Below are positions 52,125 through 61,823 of a stretch of DNA of 64,000 nucleotides, piece by piece (the first letter of the stretch is position 1; each line of letters starts with the position of its first letter). Under the pieces are notes generated by a model. The model worked only from the letters and a program-made list of their open reading frames with translations, had not been told where the DNA came from and made no database searches. Position numbers and translations under genes: made by a program. Source of the DNA: an uncultured Trueperaceae bacterium (lineage in GTDB: Bacteria > Deinococcota > Deinococci > Deinococcales > Trueperaceae); contig CAWCXJ010000007.1 of the NCBI GenBank assembly GCA_963799485.1, positions 448,001 through 512,000 on the forward strand, read 5' to 3'.

Positions 52125-52607
52125 CTATACATACCTTTCGGCCTCAAAGAGGACTATTGATTCTAACATCACTTCATCAGCTTCATCTAATGTAAAGGAA
52201 AAGGAATGCTCGAATGTCCGTTCTTCCCCACGCCTCAACACTACATCGGGAAATGCCTTAAAGTAGCTCGAGCCGTCCAGCAAGCGATACTTAGAGGACA
52301 GACTATTACTGTTAGGGCTACACAAACCTGTTTCGTTGATAGCGACGCCATTCGAGTCTACACCCTCATTAAAGCAAACCCCTATACTGGCTGAAAGGGA
52401 TACTTCTGCAAATGTGCTTCTTGGGTCAACTGCAAGCATTGCTTTTACAGTAACATTCACTTCATCACCAACTATGGCTTGCTCGGGTTGCACAACTAAT
52501 GTTACAGGACTGATATTGAGTCGGTCATCGATTGCAGCTAGCTCGTTAGGGCAAGCGCTGAGTAGCGGCGCAAGCACCAAAAGTAGCAGTAGCGATTTTA
52601 CTCTCAT
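52125..52607 (-). CDS. Hypothetical lipoprotein, low GC
   Basis: MRVKSLLLLLVLAPLLSAC lipobox. Confidence 0.65.
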   Translation of the reverse strand: MRVKSLLLLLVLAPLLSACPNELAAIDDRLNISPVTLVVQPEQAIVGDEVNVTVKAMLAVDPRSTFAEVSLSASIGVCFNEGVDSNGVAINETGLCSPNSNSLSSKYRLLDGSSYFKAFPDVVLRRGEERTFEHSFSFTLDEADEVMLESIVLFEAERYV

Positions 52608-52725
52608 AACAGCAGCCTTTCCCGAAGAGGCTAAAAGCACTCTATTGTGTTGCGATTAAGTACTTTACAGTAGTCGCCGCGTTGCTCTACGGGCAAGCGG
52701 GGTTTGATAAGTGTTTTGTAGGCAA

Positions 52726-53868
52726 CTCACTACGGGGACAAAAGTTTAAGACAGGTATCTAAGGATACCTTGGCGGGCTTATCAGGCAGAGCGAGGAGCG
52801 CAGTTCTCAGATAAGTCAGACCTCTTTTGAAGAAACTGATGGGCAGGTAGCCGTGTTTTTTAAGTGACAGCGGTCTTTGCTGATGAACTCATTCACCTAA
52901 CAGATGTGCCCAGGAAAAAGCGATAGCAAGCATGGCGATCAGGTTGTCGAGCTTGTCAGTCCGGGTCAAACGGGTATCTTCGAGGTTAAAGCCTCTGGTT
53001 TTGAGGGCCGAAAACAGACACTCGATGTTCCAGCGTTCGGCGTAGCGGAGCAGTGCCCGCTCAGGCTTATGCGTACAAGCCAGCACGACAAGCTCACCCT
53101 GCTGCGATTTGGTGAGGGCAAGCTGCAAGCGCAAGCCGTAAATCCAGACACGTTTGGGGCAAACATAAGTTTTCCGACGAGCAAGGTAGCCGTAACGCTT
53201 GGCGACAGACTTGTACGAACCTTTGGAGCCTATGAGTGTGTTGTTTCTAAGCCGCATGATAAAGCAGAGCATGCGTTGCTTGAGCCCTTCGAACCAGGCT
53301 TTACCGATAAACCCCCTGTCAGCCACAAGCGCGTCAATCTTCGTGGCACTCAGGAACTGCAAAAGCGTGTCAAGCAAAGCAAGCCGTTCACGAGTATTGC
53401 TGTTACCGTTCTTGTCTAAGCGCTGCCACAATAGCGGAAAAGCAAGCCCCTTATGACATACGGCAATCATCAGTAGATTCACCTCAATCCCGCCCACGGC
53501 CCAATTCGTGCGGTCTAAGCTTAGCGTGTAGCTCTCTGAGTACGGTATCAGTTTGAGCATCAGCCTGGCAAAGCTGGTCTTTTCCAAGCTTACTTCGCCA
53601 AAAAACCGTTTTAAGCGTTTTTCGTTCGACTCTGGAAATACACCTGGATTCAAGGCACTCGCAACGCAAGTCAGGCTGACCGTCCTCACCACAATGACCG
53701 CCATGACAAAGCGACTTATGAGGTTTAGGCGTGCCCGTGCAGCCTGAAGTCCTCTTTTAATACCTGCTCTAATCCCTTATTCTGTTTCATAGTCAGTCCT
53801 TTGATACTTGAGATTTCAGCATCCCAATTATCTCATGGGCTGACTGTCTTTTTTGTCCCTGTAGTGAG
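52726..53868 (-). mobile_element. IS4 family element with a degraded transposase (main ORF 52889-53704)
   Basis: IRs ctcactacggggacaaaa / ttttgtccctgtagtgag; LDRTNW, ADRGF, YAERWNIE..F..LKTRGFNLE; frame broken at both ends. Confidence 0.87.
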
Positions 53869-53888
53869 GTGCGGCACTAAAAACTGAG

Positions 53889-54275
53889 TTGCTTTCGGTA
53901 ATAGATGAGGTTCAAATAGCAGGAACAAGAGACTGCTTAATTCAAAGTGTTGCTCTCATCCATGTTTTAAGGCGACTAGTTGACAAACCGACAATGACAA
54001 CTTTGGTCAATAATTCTCTGGCACTCCTCGAAAAAGTAAAATCTGAAATACAAGATAATCCCTCTGCAGAAGAAGCTTTTACAGCTGAGGAAGAAATGCG
54101 TATTCTTATCGGGCTGGGCAGAGCAGAGGTTGACAGCGAGCAATTACAGAAAACAATAAGAAATAAGCTAAAGCGAGTAGCTAGGCGTGCGCCAGCAGTA
54201 GCACAATCGCTGTTACCTTACGAACAAAGCCAAAGGAAATCGCATCCAGCATCGAAAAATTTACCAAAGTCTTAA
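53889..54275 (+). pseudogene. Probable 3' remnant of a low-GC gene truncated by IS4
   Basis: Open frame begins right after the IS end, with no RBS. Confidence 0.4.
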
Positions 54276-54349
54276 TTTGAATAGCCCAAAGCTTTTGAGA
54301 CAGGGCAATAGAGAACGTTTCTCACCGACCCCGTGATAGCATCCTCTAT

Positions 54350-55123
54350 ATGTCTGTAACGGTTCCAGCTGTCGTAACTGCTCCCCCTGAACGCGCAACT
54401 TTGAGGCTCGAGGCCGACACCCTCATCAAACGTTACGGGGGCCGGACGGTCGTCGGTGGCGTGAGTTTTAACCTCGAGCGCGGCGAAATCGTCGCGCTCT
54501 TAGGGCCGAACGGGGCGGGAAAAACGACCTCGTTTTATATGATGGTCGGCTTTGTTCGGCCCAATTCCGGGCGTATCAGCTTGGGCGGTGAAACCATCAC
54601 CGGCTGGCCGATGTATAAACGGGCGCGGCGCGGTTTGGGGTACCTGGCGCAAGAACCGAGCGCGTTTCGCAAGCTTTCGGTACGTGATAATTTAATGGCG
54701 ATTTTAGAGTTTCAAAAGATTGCCAAAGCCGAACAGAACGCGCGGGCGGACGAGCTGCTAGAAGAGTTCGGCTTGTCACGGCTCGCGAGTAACCGGGCCG
54801 ATACGCTTTCGGGAGGCGAGAGGCGGCGGCTCGAGATTGCCCGCAGCTTGACCACCAACCCGGACTTTATCTTGCTCGACGAACCTTTCACCGGCGTCGA
54901 TCCCAAAAATATCCGCGAGATTCAGCTGCTCATCGCCGACCTGCGGGCGCGGCGCGGTTTGGGTGTGCTCTTGACCGACCACAGCGTCCGTGAAACGCTT
55001 TCGATTGCCGACCGGGTTTACCTGATGTTCGACGGCAAGGTCTTGTTCGAGGGGACGCCTGCCGCGTTCGCTGCCGATGAAAGCGTCCGGACACATTATC
55101 TAGGCAGCGACTTTCAACTTTAA
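54350..55123 (+). CDS. lptB: LptB-type ABC transporter ATP-binding protein
   Basis: [37 protein letters not shown]. Confidence 0.92.
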   Translation: MSVTVPAVVTAPPERATLRLEADTLIKRYGGRTVVGGVSFNLERGEIVALLGPNGAGKTTSFYMMVGFVRPNSGRISLGGETITGWPMYKRARRGLGYLAQEPSAFRKLSVRDNLMAILEFQKIAKAEQNARADELLEEFGLSRLASNRADTLSGGERRRLEIARSLTTNPDFILLDEPFTGVDPKNIREIQLLIADLRARRGLGVLLTDHSVRETLSIADRVYLMFDGKVLFEGTPAAFAADESVRTHYLGSDFQL

Positions 55124-55137
55124 GCGCGCTCTGGGCG

Positions 55138-56436
55138 GTGTTTTCCCTTTTCCTGCTTCTGATTCTGGCAGCGCTCGCGGGCGTGATCGCCTATGCGGGC
55201 GACCGACTCGGGACGTGGGTTGGACAGCGGCGGCTTAGCGTCTTCGGCTGGCGGCCCCGGCGCACCGGGCAGGCGGTCGGGATTGCAGCGGGCGTCTTGA
55301 TTATGCTCAGCACCATGGGGGTTTTGAGTCTGGCGTTTCGCGGGGCCACCGGGGTACTCTTGCGCTCGCAACAAACGGCCCGCGAACTCGCCGAGTTGCG
55401 GACGCAGCGGAACGCGCTCGAGCAGCAGGTTACGACCACCCAAAACGAACTGAACGCGGCGCGTGCGACAATCTCCGACGCCGAAGTCGCTAAAGACCGG
55501 GCGCGAGCCGCGCGCGACGCGGCGCTCCGTATCCGTGACCGCATCTTAAAAGAACAAGACACCCTGCGCGCCGAACTTACGGCGCTAAGCGACGAGCAGG
55601 CGCGGTTGCAAGGCGATAACGCAACCTTGGAGGAGAACAACGCCGAACTCTCGCTCGCCAACGAATCGCTCGCGGCCCGTAACACTCAGCTCAGCGCCCG
55701 GAACGCCGAGGTTCAAGGGACATTCAACGATCTGCAAACCCAGGTCGTAACGCTCAACGAAGAGCTGCAGGCGCTTCGCGTCCGGTCTGAACGTGAAGCG
55801 CAAAACCTCCGCGATACGCTCGCGCAGTTCGAGGCCGCGAGCGGCAGCGAGCTGACCTACCGCCAGAACGAAATCGTCTACAGCGACCTTATCGCCGCGC
55901 AAAACATTACCGCCATCTCCGCGGCGATGCAGGAGTTCGTCGCGGGCGCGCAGGGAGCGGTCATCGGGCGCGGGGCCAGCGACGTCGAACTCAGTACCAA
56001 CCAGCTCAACAGTCTTATCGGCGCAGTAGCGGCGACGCCTGGAGAAGATTTGGTCGTGCTGTTAGCCGCCGACAACTTCGTCGGCGGCGCGCGCGTTCTC
56101 GTCAACGTCGAGGCGTATGTCAACCAGAAGTTGCTCGGGCGCGGTCAACTCATCGCCAGCCGTCAGGTCTATACCGGCGGCAGCGGCGCGCCGGTCAGCC
56201 GCTCGAGCCTCCGCACCGAGGTCGCCCGTTTGACCCAGGAGAGCGTCAACCGTTTGCAACGTATCGGGCTTTTCGAGCAGGTTCGCCCCGACCCGACCGA
56301 AGCGGAATTAGACGCGTTCGTCGCGTCTTTGTCGCGGCTTTCCGGGCCGGTGGTCATCGCTACGGTCGCCCGCGATAACATTTTTGTTGCCGGCCCTGCC
56401 GATCTCGACTTTATTATCTTGTACCAGGCTCCCTAG
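55138..56436 (+). CDS. DUF3084 coiled-coil membrane protein
   Basis: IAYAGDRLG..GQRRLSVFGWRPRRT followed by a long coiled coil. Confidence 0.85.
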   Translation: MFSLFLLLILAALAGVIAYAGDRLGTWVGQRRLSVFGWRPRRTGQAVGIAAGVLIMLSTMGVLSLAFRGATGVLLRSQQTARELAELRTQRNALEQQVTTTQNELNAARATISDAEVAKDRARAARDAALRIRDRILKEQDTLRAELTALSDEQARLQGDNATLEENNAELSLANESLAARNTQLSARNAEVQGTFNDLQTQVVTLNEELQALRVRSEREAQNLRDTLAQFEAASGSELTYRQNEIVYSDLIAAQNITAISAAMQEFVAGAQGAVIGRGASDVELSTNQLNSLIGAVAATPGEDLVVLLAADNFVGGARVLVNVEAYVNQKLLGRGQLIASRQVYTGGSGAPVSRSSLRTEVARLTQESVNRLQRIGLFEQVRPDPTEAELDAFVASLSRLSGPVVIATVARDNIFVAGPADLDFIILYQAP

Positions 56437-56556
56437 CCCGGACGTCGCCCCGTTTTACGGTTTTTTGCTCAGCTCTGCCTCGGTGCAGGTGTTTTTGGCT
56501 GAGCGGGGTCTGTTGGGAAGATGCGCCGCTCGTATTTGGCTCCGCGCGTGTGCCGC

Positions 56557-56653
56557 CCTTCTTGGAATTAAATGTAACGCACAAAGTCAGCCCCAGCATT
56601 TCCTGCCGGGTAAAACCGGTCGACCTTCTTGGAATTAAATGTAACGCACAAAG
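56557..56653. repeat. Two identical 30-bp repeats separated by 37 bp
   Basis: ccttcttggaattaaatgtaacgcacaaag at 56557-56586 and 56624-56653. Confidence 0.9.
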
Positions 56654-56718
56654 ACCCGCTGCAAGAACCCCCGCCGTCTACCTGGGCGCTCCAAAAAACG
56701 CGGTAGAATAAACGTTCT

Positions 56719-57150
56719 ATGATTCAGAACCGCCGCGCCTCTTTCGATTATGAACTCCTCGAGCGTTTTGAAGCGGGGATTGCACTAACCGGTAGCGAGA
56801 TCAAATCCTTGCGTAAGGGAGGTGTGACGTTGGGCGAAGCGTTCGCGCGCGTCCGGGGTGGTGAGGTCTTTTTAGAGGGGATGCATATCCCGCCGTACCA
56901 GGAGGCGAGCTACAACAACCACGAACCGCTCCGCAGCCGTAAACTGCTCCTGAAAAAGTCTGAAATTGCTGAAATCACCAAGGGTCTGGAACGCAAGGGG
57001 CTGACGCTCGTCCCGACGCGGCTTTACTTCAAGGGGGGCTGGGTAAAGCTCGAGGTCGCTCTAGGACGCGGTAAAAAGCGCTACGACAAACGCCAAGACC
57101 AGGCCAAACGCGACGCAGAGCGCCAGATGGAGCGGGCGCTCAAACGCTAG
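56719..57150 (+). CDS. smpB: SsrA-binding protein
   Basis: NRRASFDY..EAGIALTGSEIKSLR..GKKRYDKR. Confidence 0.97.
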   Translation: MIQNRRASFDYELLERFEAGIALTGSEIKSLRKGGVTLGEAFARVRGGEVFLEGMHIPPYQEASYNNHEPLRSRKLLLKKSEIAEITKGLERKGLTLVPTRLYFKGGWVKLEVALGRGKKRYDKRQDQAKRDAERQMERALKR

Positions 57151-58440
57151 ATGCGCCTTTTCGTTGCGCTAGCTCTGTTTATACTGCTGACGTGCGCGGG
57201 CGCGCAGCAGCAGTTGGCGGTCAACGGCACCTTTTTAACTGTTCGCACCGAACTCGTTCCCGGTAGCGCTTACGCGCCGGCGGAAGCTTACGCCAGGGCG
57301 CTCGGCGCGGAATACCGCTTCGACGCGCGCACCGGGATTCTGCTCTCGTTCGGTGGGCGGTTTCTCAGCTTGCAGAGTTTTCCCACACCCGCCCAGGCTG
57401 CAGCGGCGACCACAGCCTTGACAGTCGATGGGCAACGCCTACCGAGTACCGGCGCGGTAAACGTCGGCGAGACGCTGTACCTGCCGGTTAAAAGTGTGAC
57501 GGCGGCGCTCGGGGGCAAAACCGCCTACCTCGCCGAGGCGAAGACCGTTGCAGTCGTTTTTCCGAGACCTCGCCTTACCGCTGTGTCGCCGCCGGGGGGG
57601 TGGGGGAGCTACGAGCGCTTTGTCCTGACTTTCGACGCACCGGTCGCTACCGAAGACTATTTTGAACCTTCGCTCGGGGTCGTGCGCTTTCGTTTTCCCC
57701 GAGCCGAACTCGGCTCGGCTCAGCTGAGCGGGCGGCGGTTTAGTTTAAGCGGCGGCCGTATCAGCGACGCTGCGTTCGTCCCGAACGGCGACTTTTTAGA
57801 CTTCAACCTGACGCTTCAAAAAGGCAATACCTACCGCACCTTCAGCGAACCCTACGGTGCCGGTGAACGCGTCGTTGTCGATGTGCTGCGCGACGCAGCC
57901 GGCAGTGCAGGCGTGCAAACGCCGGTCATGGTGCTTCAGGCCGACCCCGGCACCCTCGCGCTGGCCGCACGCCTAAAGGTAGCGCTCGAGTCTCGGGGCG
58001 TTCGGGCCGAGCTGCAGCGCAGTACGCTCACAGCTGCGGCCCAGGCCGGGTTTGCCGCCCCTTTTTTGCTGGCACTCCGGCAAGCACCGCTCGCGCCGGG
58101 CCGTTTTAACGTCTACTATCTGCCCCAAGATGCGCCTGCGCTGAGCGCCCCGGTACGCCGCGCCCCGGTCGAAGCTGCGCTGTCTGAAGGTGCGCGCGCA
58201 CAACTCGCGCGCCTTACTCCTGATGTTGCCTTTGGTGAGCGGCTCGCGCGGGGGCTCGCTACCGGGTTGGCTGCGCGCACGCCTCTAAGCCTGGAGTCGT
58301 TGCTGGCTGTACCCCTCGAGACGCTCGGCGGCGCAGCGGGGCGCGGGGTGATGCTCGAGCTGAGCGCAAACGACCTGAACCGCCCTAACCTGGCGGCGTC
58401 TCTGGCTTCGCTGCTCGGGTCGCTGTTGCCGGGTTCTTGA
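57151..58440 (+). CDS. Secreted amidase-like protein with a degenerate catalytic domain
   Basis: Signal peptide, copper-amine-oxidase-N/AMIN-like domains; C-domain reads ADPGT in place of DPGHGG; smpB-X-GerMN context. Confidence 0.62.
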   Translation: MRLFVALALFILLTCAGAQQQLAVNGTFLTVRTELVPGSAYAPAEAYARALGAEYRFDARTGILLSFGGRFLSLQSFPTPAQAAAATTALTVDGQRLPSTGAVNVGETLYLPVKSVTAALGGKTAYLAEAKTVAVVFPRPRLTAVSPPGGWGSYERFVLTFDAPVATEDYFEPSLGVVRFRFPRAELGSAQLSGRRFSLSGGRISDAAFVPNGDFLDFNLTLQKGNTYRTFSEPYGAGERVVVDVLRDAAGSAGVQTPVMVLQADPGTLALAARLKVALESRGVRAELQRSTLTAAAQAGFAAPFLLALRQAPLAPGRFNVYYLPQDAPALSAPVRRAPVEAALSEGARAQLARLTPDVAFGERLARGLATGLAARTPLSLESLLAVPLETLGGAAGRGVMLELSANDLNRPNLAASLASLLGSLLPGS

Positions 58441-59039
58441 TGCGCGCCTTGCCGACGCTCTTGGGCGCGCTCGTGCTGCTCGCCGGGCTGCTCGCATGGG
58501 TCAATACCCGTCCGCCTGCCGTGCCGCCGCCCGCTCCGGTAACACTCGAGCCCCTTCCCACAACGCAGTTTCGCGCTGTTCTTATTCAGCAAACAGGCAG
58601 CGAAGTGCGGACGCGTGAGGTTACCCTTCGCGCCGCCGACACGCCCCCTGCACGTCTTGGCGTAACCTTGCGTGCGCTTCGGACGTGGCTCCTGGAGGCG
58701 GGTGCGTGGCCCCGAGAACTCGGCGCGCCGCGCGTCTTCTGGCTCGGTGAAGCAGCGTCCGGTGAGGGCCGCGCCGCCCTCGACTTTTCACTGCAACCCG
58801 GTACACTCAATGTGCCGGTTGCCGCTGAGGTCTGGTTGCTGGATTCGGTCCGCCGAACGGCGGCCCGTCAAGGTGTGGTGGACACGTTTATTCTGGTCAA
58901 CGGACAGGTACCGCCGACGTTTCTAGGTCAGGTGGCGTTGCCGCAAACGCTTGAAGACATAATAATTGAAGACATAACACTTGAAAACGTGCCTGAGAAC
59001 CCAACGCTCGAGACTTCGGCACCCGATACTACCGAGTAA
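58437..59039 (+). CDS. GerMN domain protein
   Basis: N-terminal TM; PRVF..AALDF..E..LLDSVRRT..ILVNG..TFLGQVAL. Confidence 0.72.
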   Translation: MMRALPTLLGALVLLAGLLAWVNTRPPAVPPPAPVTLEPLPTTQFRAVLIQQTGSEVRTREVTLRAADTPPARLGVTLRALRTWLLEAGAWPRELGAPRVFWLGEAASGEGRAALDFSLQPGTLNVPVAAEVWLLDSVRRTAARQGVVDTFILVNGQVPPTFLGQVALPQTLEDIIIEDITLENVPENPTLETSAPDTTE

Positions 59040-59063
59040 CCCGAACGCCGAGTAACCCGAACG
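59032..59063 (+). repeat. 16-bp tandem duplication
   Basis: ccgagtaacccgaacg x2. Confidence 0.85.
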
Positions 59064-59068
59064 CACCT

Positions 59069-59473
59069 CTAAAAAAGCTGCGCCACCCGGTTTCCGGCAG
59101 TTTGCCCCAAAAGCAGCGCGCCGTAGCCTAAAAAAAGGTTGCCGCCGATATAAAGCAGCGCATAGGCGAACTGAGCGCTTTTTAACAATCCGTCAGCGTC
59201 TAGCTCAAAGGTCGAAAAGGTGGTAAACGCGCCGCAAAAACCGGTACCGAGCGCGAGCAGCCAAACCCCGCCGAGCCGACCTTGTAGCGCCAGCGCCGCC
59301 AAAAACGCCAGCAGAAACGACCCCGTAACATTGACGAAAAGTGTCGCTAGCGGGAGTCCGGCAAAAGGTGTTTGCAACAACCTCTGCTGCACTGCGGCGG
59401 CGACGAGGTAGCGGGCGAGCGCCCCGAGCGCGCCCCCTGCCATCACGCCGAGCAGATTTGCAGATATCCCCAT
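59069..59473 (-). CDS. crcB: Fluoride efflux channel CrcB/Fluc
   Basis: GGALGALARY, TLFVNVTGSF, GFCGAFTTFSTF. Confidence 0.95.
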   Translation of the reverse strand: MGISANLLGVMAGGALGALARYLVAAAVQQRLLQTPFAGLPLATLFVNVTGSFLLAFLAALALQGRLGGVWLLALGTGFCGAFTTFSTFELDADGLLKSAQFAYALLYIGGNLFLGYGALLLGQTAGNRVAQLF

Positions 59474-60768
59474 TACGGGTACATACGGGTCAACAGTCGG
59501 GGAAAAGGGATGACTTCACGCAGGTGATGGACGCCCGTGACCCACGCCAAAAGCCGCTCGAAGCCGAGGCCGAACCCTGAATGCGGTACCGAGCCGTAAC
59601 GCCGTAAATCCAGATACCAGGCGAACGCGTCTGGTGGCAGATTATGCGCCTCGATACGCGCTTTGAGGAGTTCAAAGTCGTGAATACGCTCCGAACCGCC
59701 GACAAGTTCGCCGTAACCCTCGGGTGCAATCAAATCGTCGCATTTAACGCGGGTCGGGTCGTCGCCAAAAGGTTGCATGTAAAACGCTTTGGTTTCCGTG
59801 GGCCACGCGTCGATGAAGACGGGTCGGTCGTAGAGCCCGCCCAAAATCGTCTCGTGCGGCGCGCCCAAGTCGTCACCCCAAGTGAGGTGTTCGCCGTGTT
59901 CGGCAAGTTTAGCCAACGCCTCGTCGTAGGAGAGGCGGGGGAAGTTGCCCGTTGCAGTGGCCTCGAGCGTCCCTAAATCCCGTTCCAGCATCGTCAGTTC
60001 GGATTTACGGTGCTCGAGTACCCGCCCCACCAGGTACGAGACGAAATCCTCTTGCAACGTCATGTTGCCCTCGTGTTCCAGATACGCGACTTCGGGCTCA
60101 ATCATCCAGAACTCTAAAAGGTGTTTGCGCGTTTTCGACTTTTCCGCCCGAAAGGTCGGCCCGAAGGTGTAAACACGGCCTAAAGCGAGCGCCCCGGCCT
60201 CGGCGTAGAGCTGCCCGGACTGCGACAGGTACGCCGTGTCTTCACCGAACAGGTCGATTTCAAAGAGGTTGGTGGTGCCTTCGGCGGCGTTCGGGGTAAA
60301 AAAGGGCGTATCGAAACGCACAAACCCGCGCTCGGCAAAAAAATCGTGAACGGCGCGCTCCAACTCGTCGCGAATACGCATAATCGCCCACGGTTTTTTG
60401 TTCCGCAAGTAGAGGTGGCGGTGTTCCATCAAGAAGTCAACACCGTGTTCTTTGGGCGTGATGGGGTAGTCTTCGGTCTGCGCGACTAACTCGAGCCCCG
60501 TCACACCCAATTCGACGCCTGAGGGCGAGCGTTCGTCGGCGCGCACCTCGCCGGTCACAACGATGCTCGACTCTTGCGTCAGTGACCGCGCCAGCTTAAA
60601 GGTTTCTTCGTCCACGTCATTTTTAGCTAACACACCCTGCACGAAGCCGGAACCGTCGCGGAGTTGTAAAAAAGCAATTTTACCGCTCGAGCGCAGGCCC
60701 GCCAGCCAGCCCTGCACGGTGACGCTTTCGCCCAAGTGTTCTTTGAGGTTTTGAATAGAGACGACCAT
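59473..60768 (-). CDS. asnS: Asparagine--tRNA ligase
   Basis: [49 protein letters not shown]. Confidence 0.95.
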   Translation of the reverse strand: MVVSIQNLKEHLGESVTVQGWLAGLRSSGKIAFLQLRDGSGFVQGVLAKNDVDEETFKLARSLTQESSIVVTGEVRADERSPSGVELGVTGLELVAQTEDYPITPKEHGVDFLMEHRHLYLRNKKPWAIMRIRDELERAVHDFFAERGFVRFDTPFFTPNAAEGTTNLFEIDLFGEDTAYLSQSGQLYAEAGALALGRVYTFGPTFRAEKSKTRKHLLEFWMIEPEVAYLEHEGNMTLQEDFVSYLVGRVLEHRKSELTMLERDLGTLEATATGNFPRLSYDEALAKLAEHGEHLTWGDDLGAPHETILGGLYDRPVFIDAWPTETKAFYMQPFGDDPTRVKCDDLIAPEGYGELVGGSERIHDFELLKARIEAHNLPPDAFAWYLDLRRYGSVPHSGFGLGFERLLAWVTGVHHLREVIPFPRLLTRMYP

Positions 60769-61016
60769 GCCTGAGTCTATCAAGTCAGGTCTATCAAACT
60801 CCGCTCAGCAAGACGCTTCAAGCAGCGACGCGTGGGTTTTTAGCGCGGGGGGTAAGCCCGTGCTTTTCCCCAAACGCCCCGAAGTTTTTTAGAGATCTTG
60901 GATTTGCTGCTGCCGACGTCCCGGTGGCGTGAACTATGTTGAACTCAGCGCCCGCGTCAGATAGTCGGGGTGGTTGTGGGTTGGGACAATGTGCTGACTC
61001 GTACGAAAATAAATTT

Positions 61017-61823
61017 CTAGACCGATTTAAGTGTCATCGCCCGTTTCAGAGCTTCGACCACACCGCAGTCGTCCACCTTACCGACTGTAAAAAACCGCTC
61101 GCGCAGTTCAGCGGGCGCTTCGGCCATCACGACCGGATGCCCGACCGCTTCCAACATCGGCAGGTCGCCCACGCTGTCGCCGACTGCCATCACGTTTTCC
61201 GCTTTGAACCGCTGACTTTTGATTAAAGCCCGCACTGCCGAACCCTTTGACACGTCCTTCGCTGTGATGCTCATAAATACCGTGCCTTTAAGTGCGGGGG
61301 AGACGGCGCTCGAGACCTGCGCGCCCGGCAACGTCAGGGCTTTGGCCTGCGCCTCCTGCTCCCCCGGAACGACCCACTGCGCCCGCACCACGGGTTCGTT
61401 TTCCGCGACGTCCTCAAGGTTCCGCACAATCGCCGTCGCGCCGATCATCTTCGCGTGCGCTTCGCTTAGGGGTGTGCGCCGCTCGACGTAAAGCGCGTTC
61501 GAGGTGTAGACCTCCAACACCAGGTTGTGCGCCCGCGCATGAGCGATGAGCGCCCGCGTACTCGCCTCTTTAAGTGCGTGAAGCTCGACCACGTCGCCGT
61601 CGGCGTAGGCGGTCATCGCGCCGTTTTGGAAGATGTGCGGGACGCTTTTGCCGAGCCGTTCCGCGACCCGTTTGGCGACGCCGACGCGGGGTCGTCCGGT
61701 ACACACTGCCAGCTTGATTCCTGCAGCTTGAGCGTCTTCAACGGCGTCCCAGACACAGGACAAAACCTGACCGCTCGAGCCGATGACGGTGCCGTCCAGA
61801 TCGAGCAGTACAAACGGAATCAC
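61017..61823 (-). CDS. Cof-type HAD-IIB hydrolase
   Basis: DLDGT, CTGR, SKG, VGDSVGDLPM. Confidence 0.9.
   Translation of the reverse strand: MIPFVLLDLDGTVIGSSGQVLSCVWDAVEDAQAAGIKLAVCTGRPRVGVAKRVAERLGKSVPHIFQNGAMTAYADGDVVELHALKEASTRALIAHARAHNLVLEVYTSNALYVERRTPLSEAHAKMIGATAIVRNLEDVAENEPVVRAQWVVPGEQEAQAKALTLPGAQVSSAVSPALKGTVFMSITAKDVSKGSAVRALIKSQRFKAENVMAVGDSVGDLPMLEAVGHPVVMAEAPAELRERFFTVGKVDDCGVVEALKRAMTLKSV

Noticed and set aside
56557..56653. Calling a true CRISPR array
   Set aside because: Only two repeats, with no cas genes, leader or recognisable repeat family. Reported as a repeat.
60784..61016. T-box or riboswitch before asnS-crcB
   Set aside because: No T-box antiterminator motif seen, and asnS looks leaderless.
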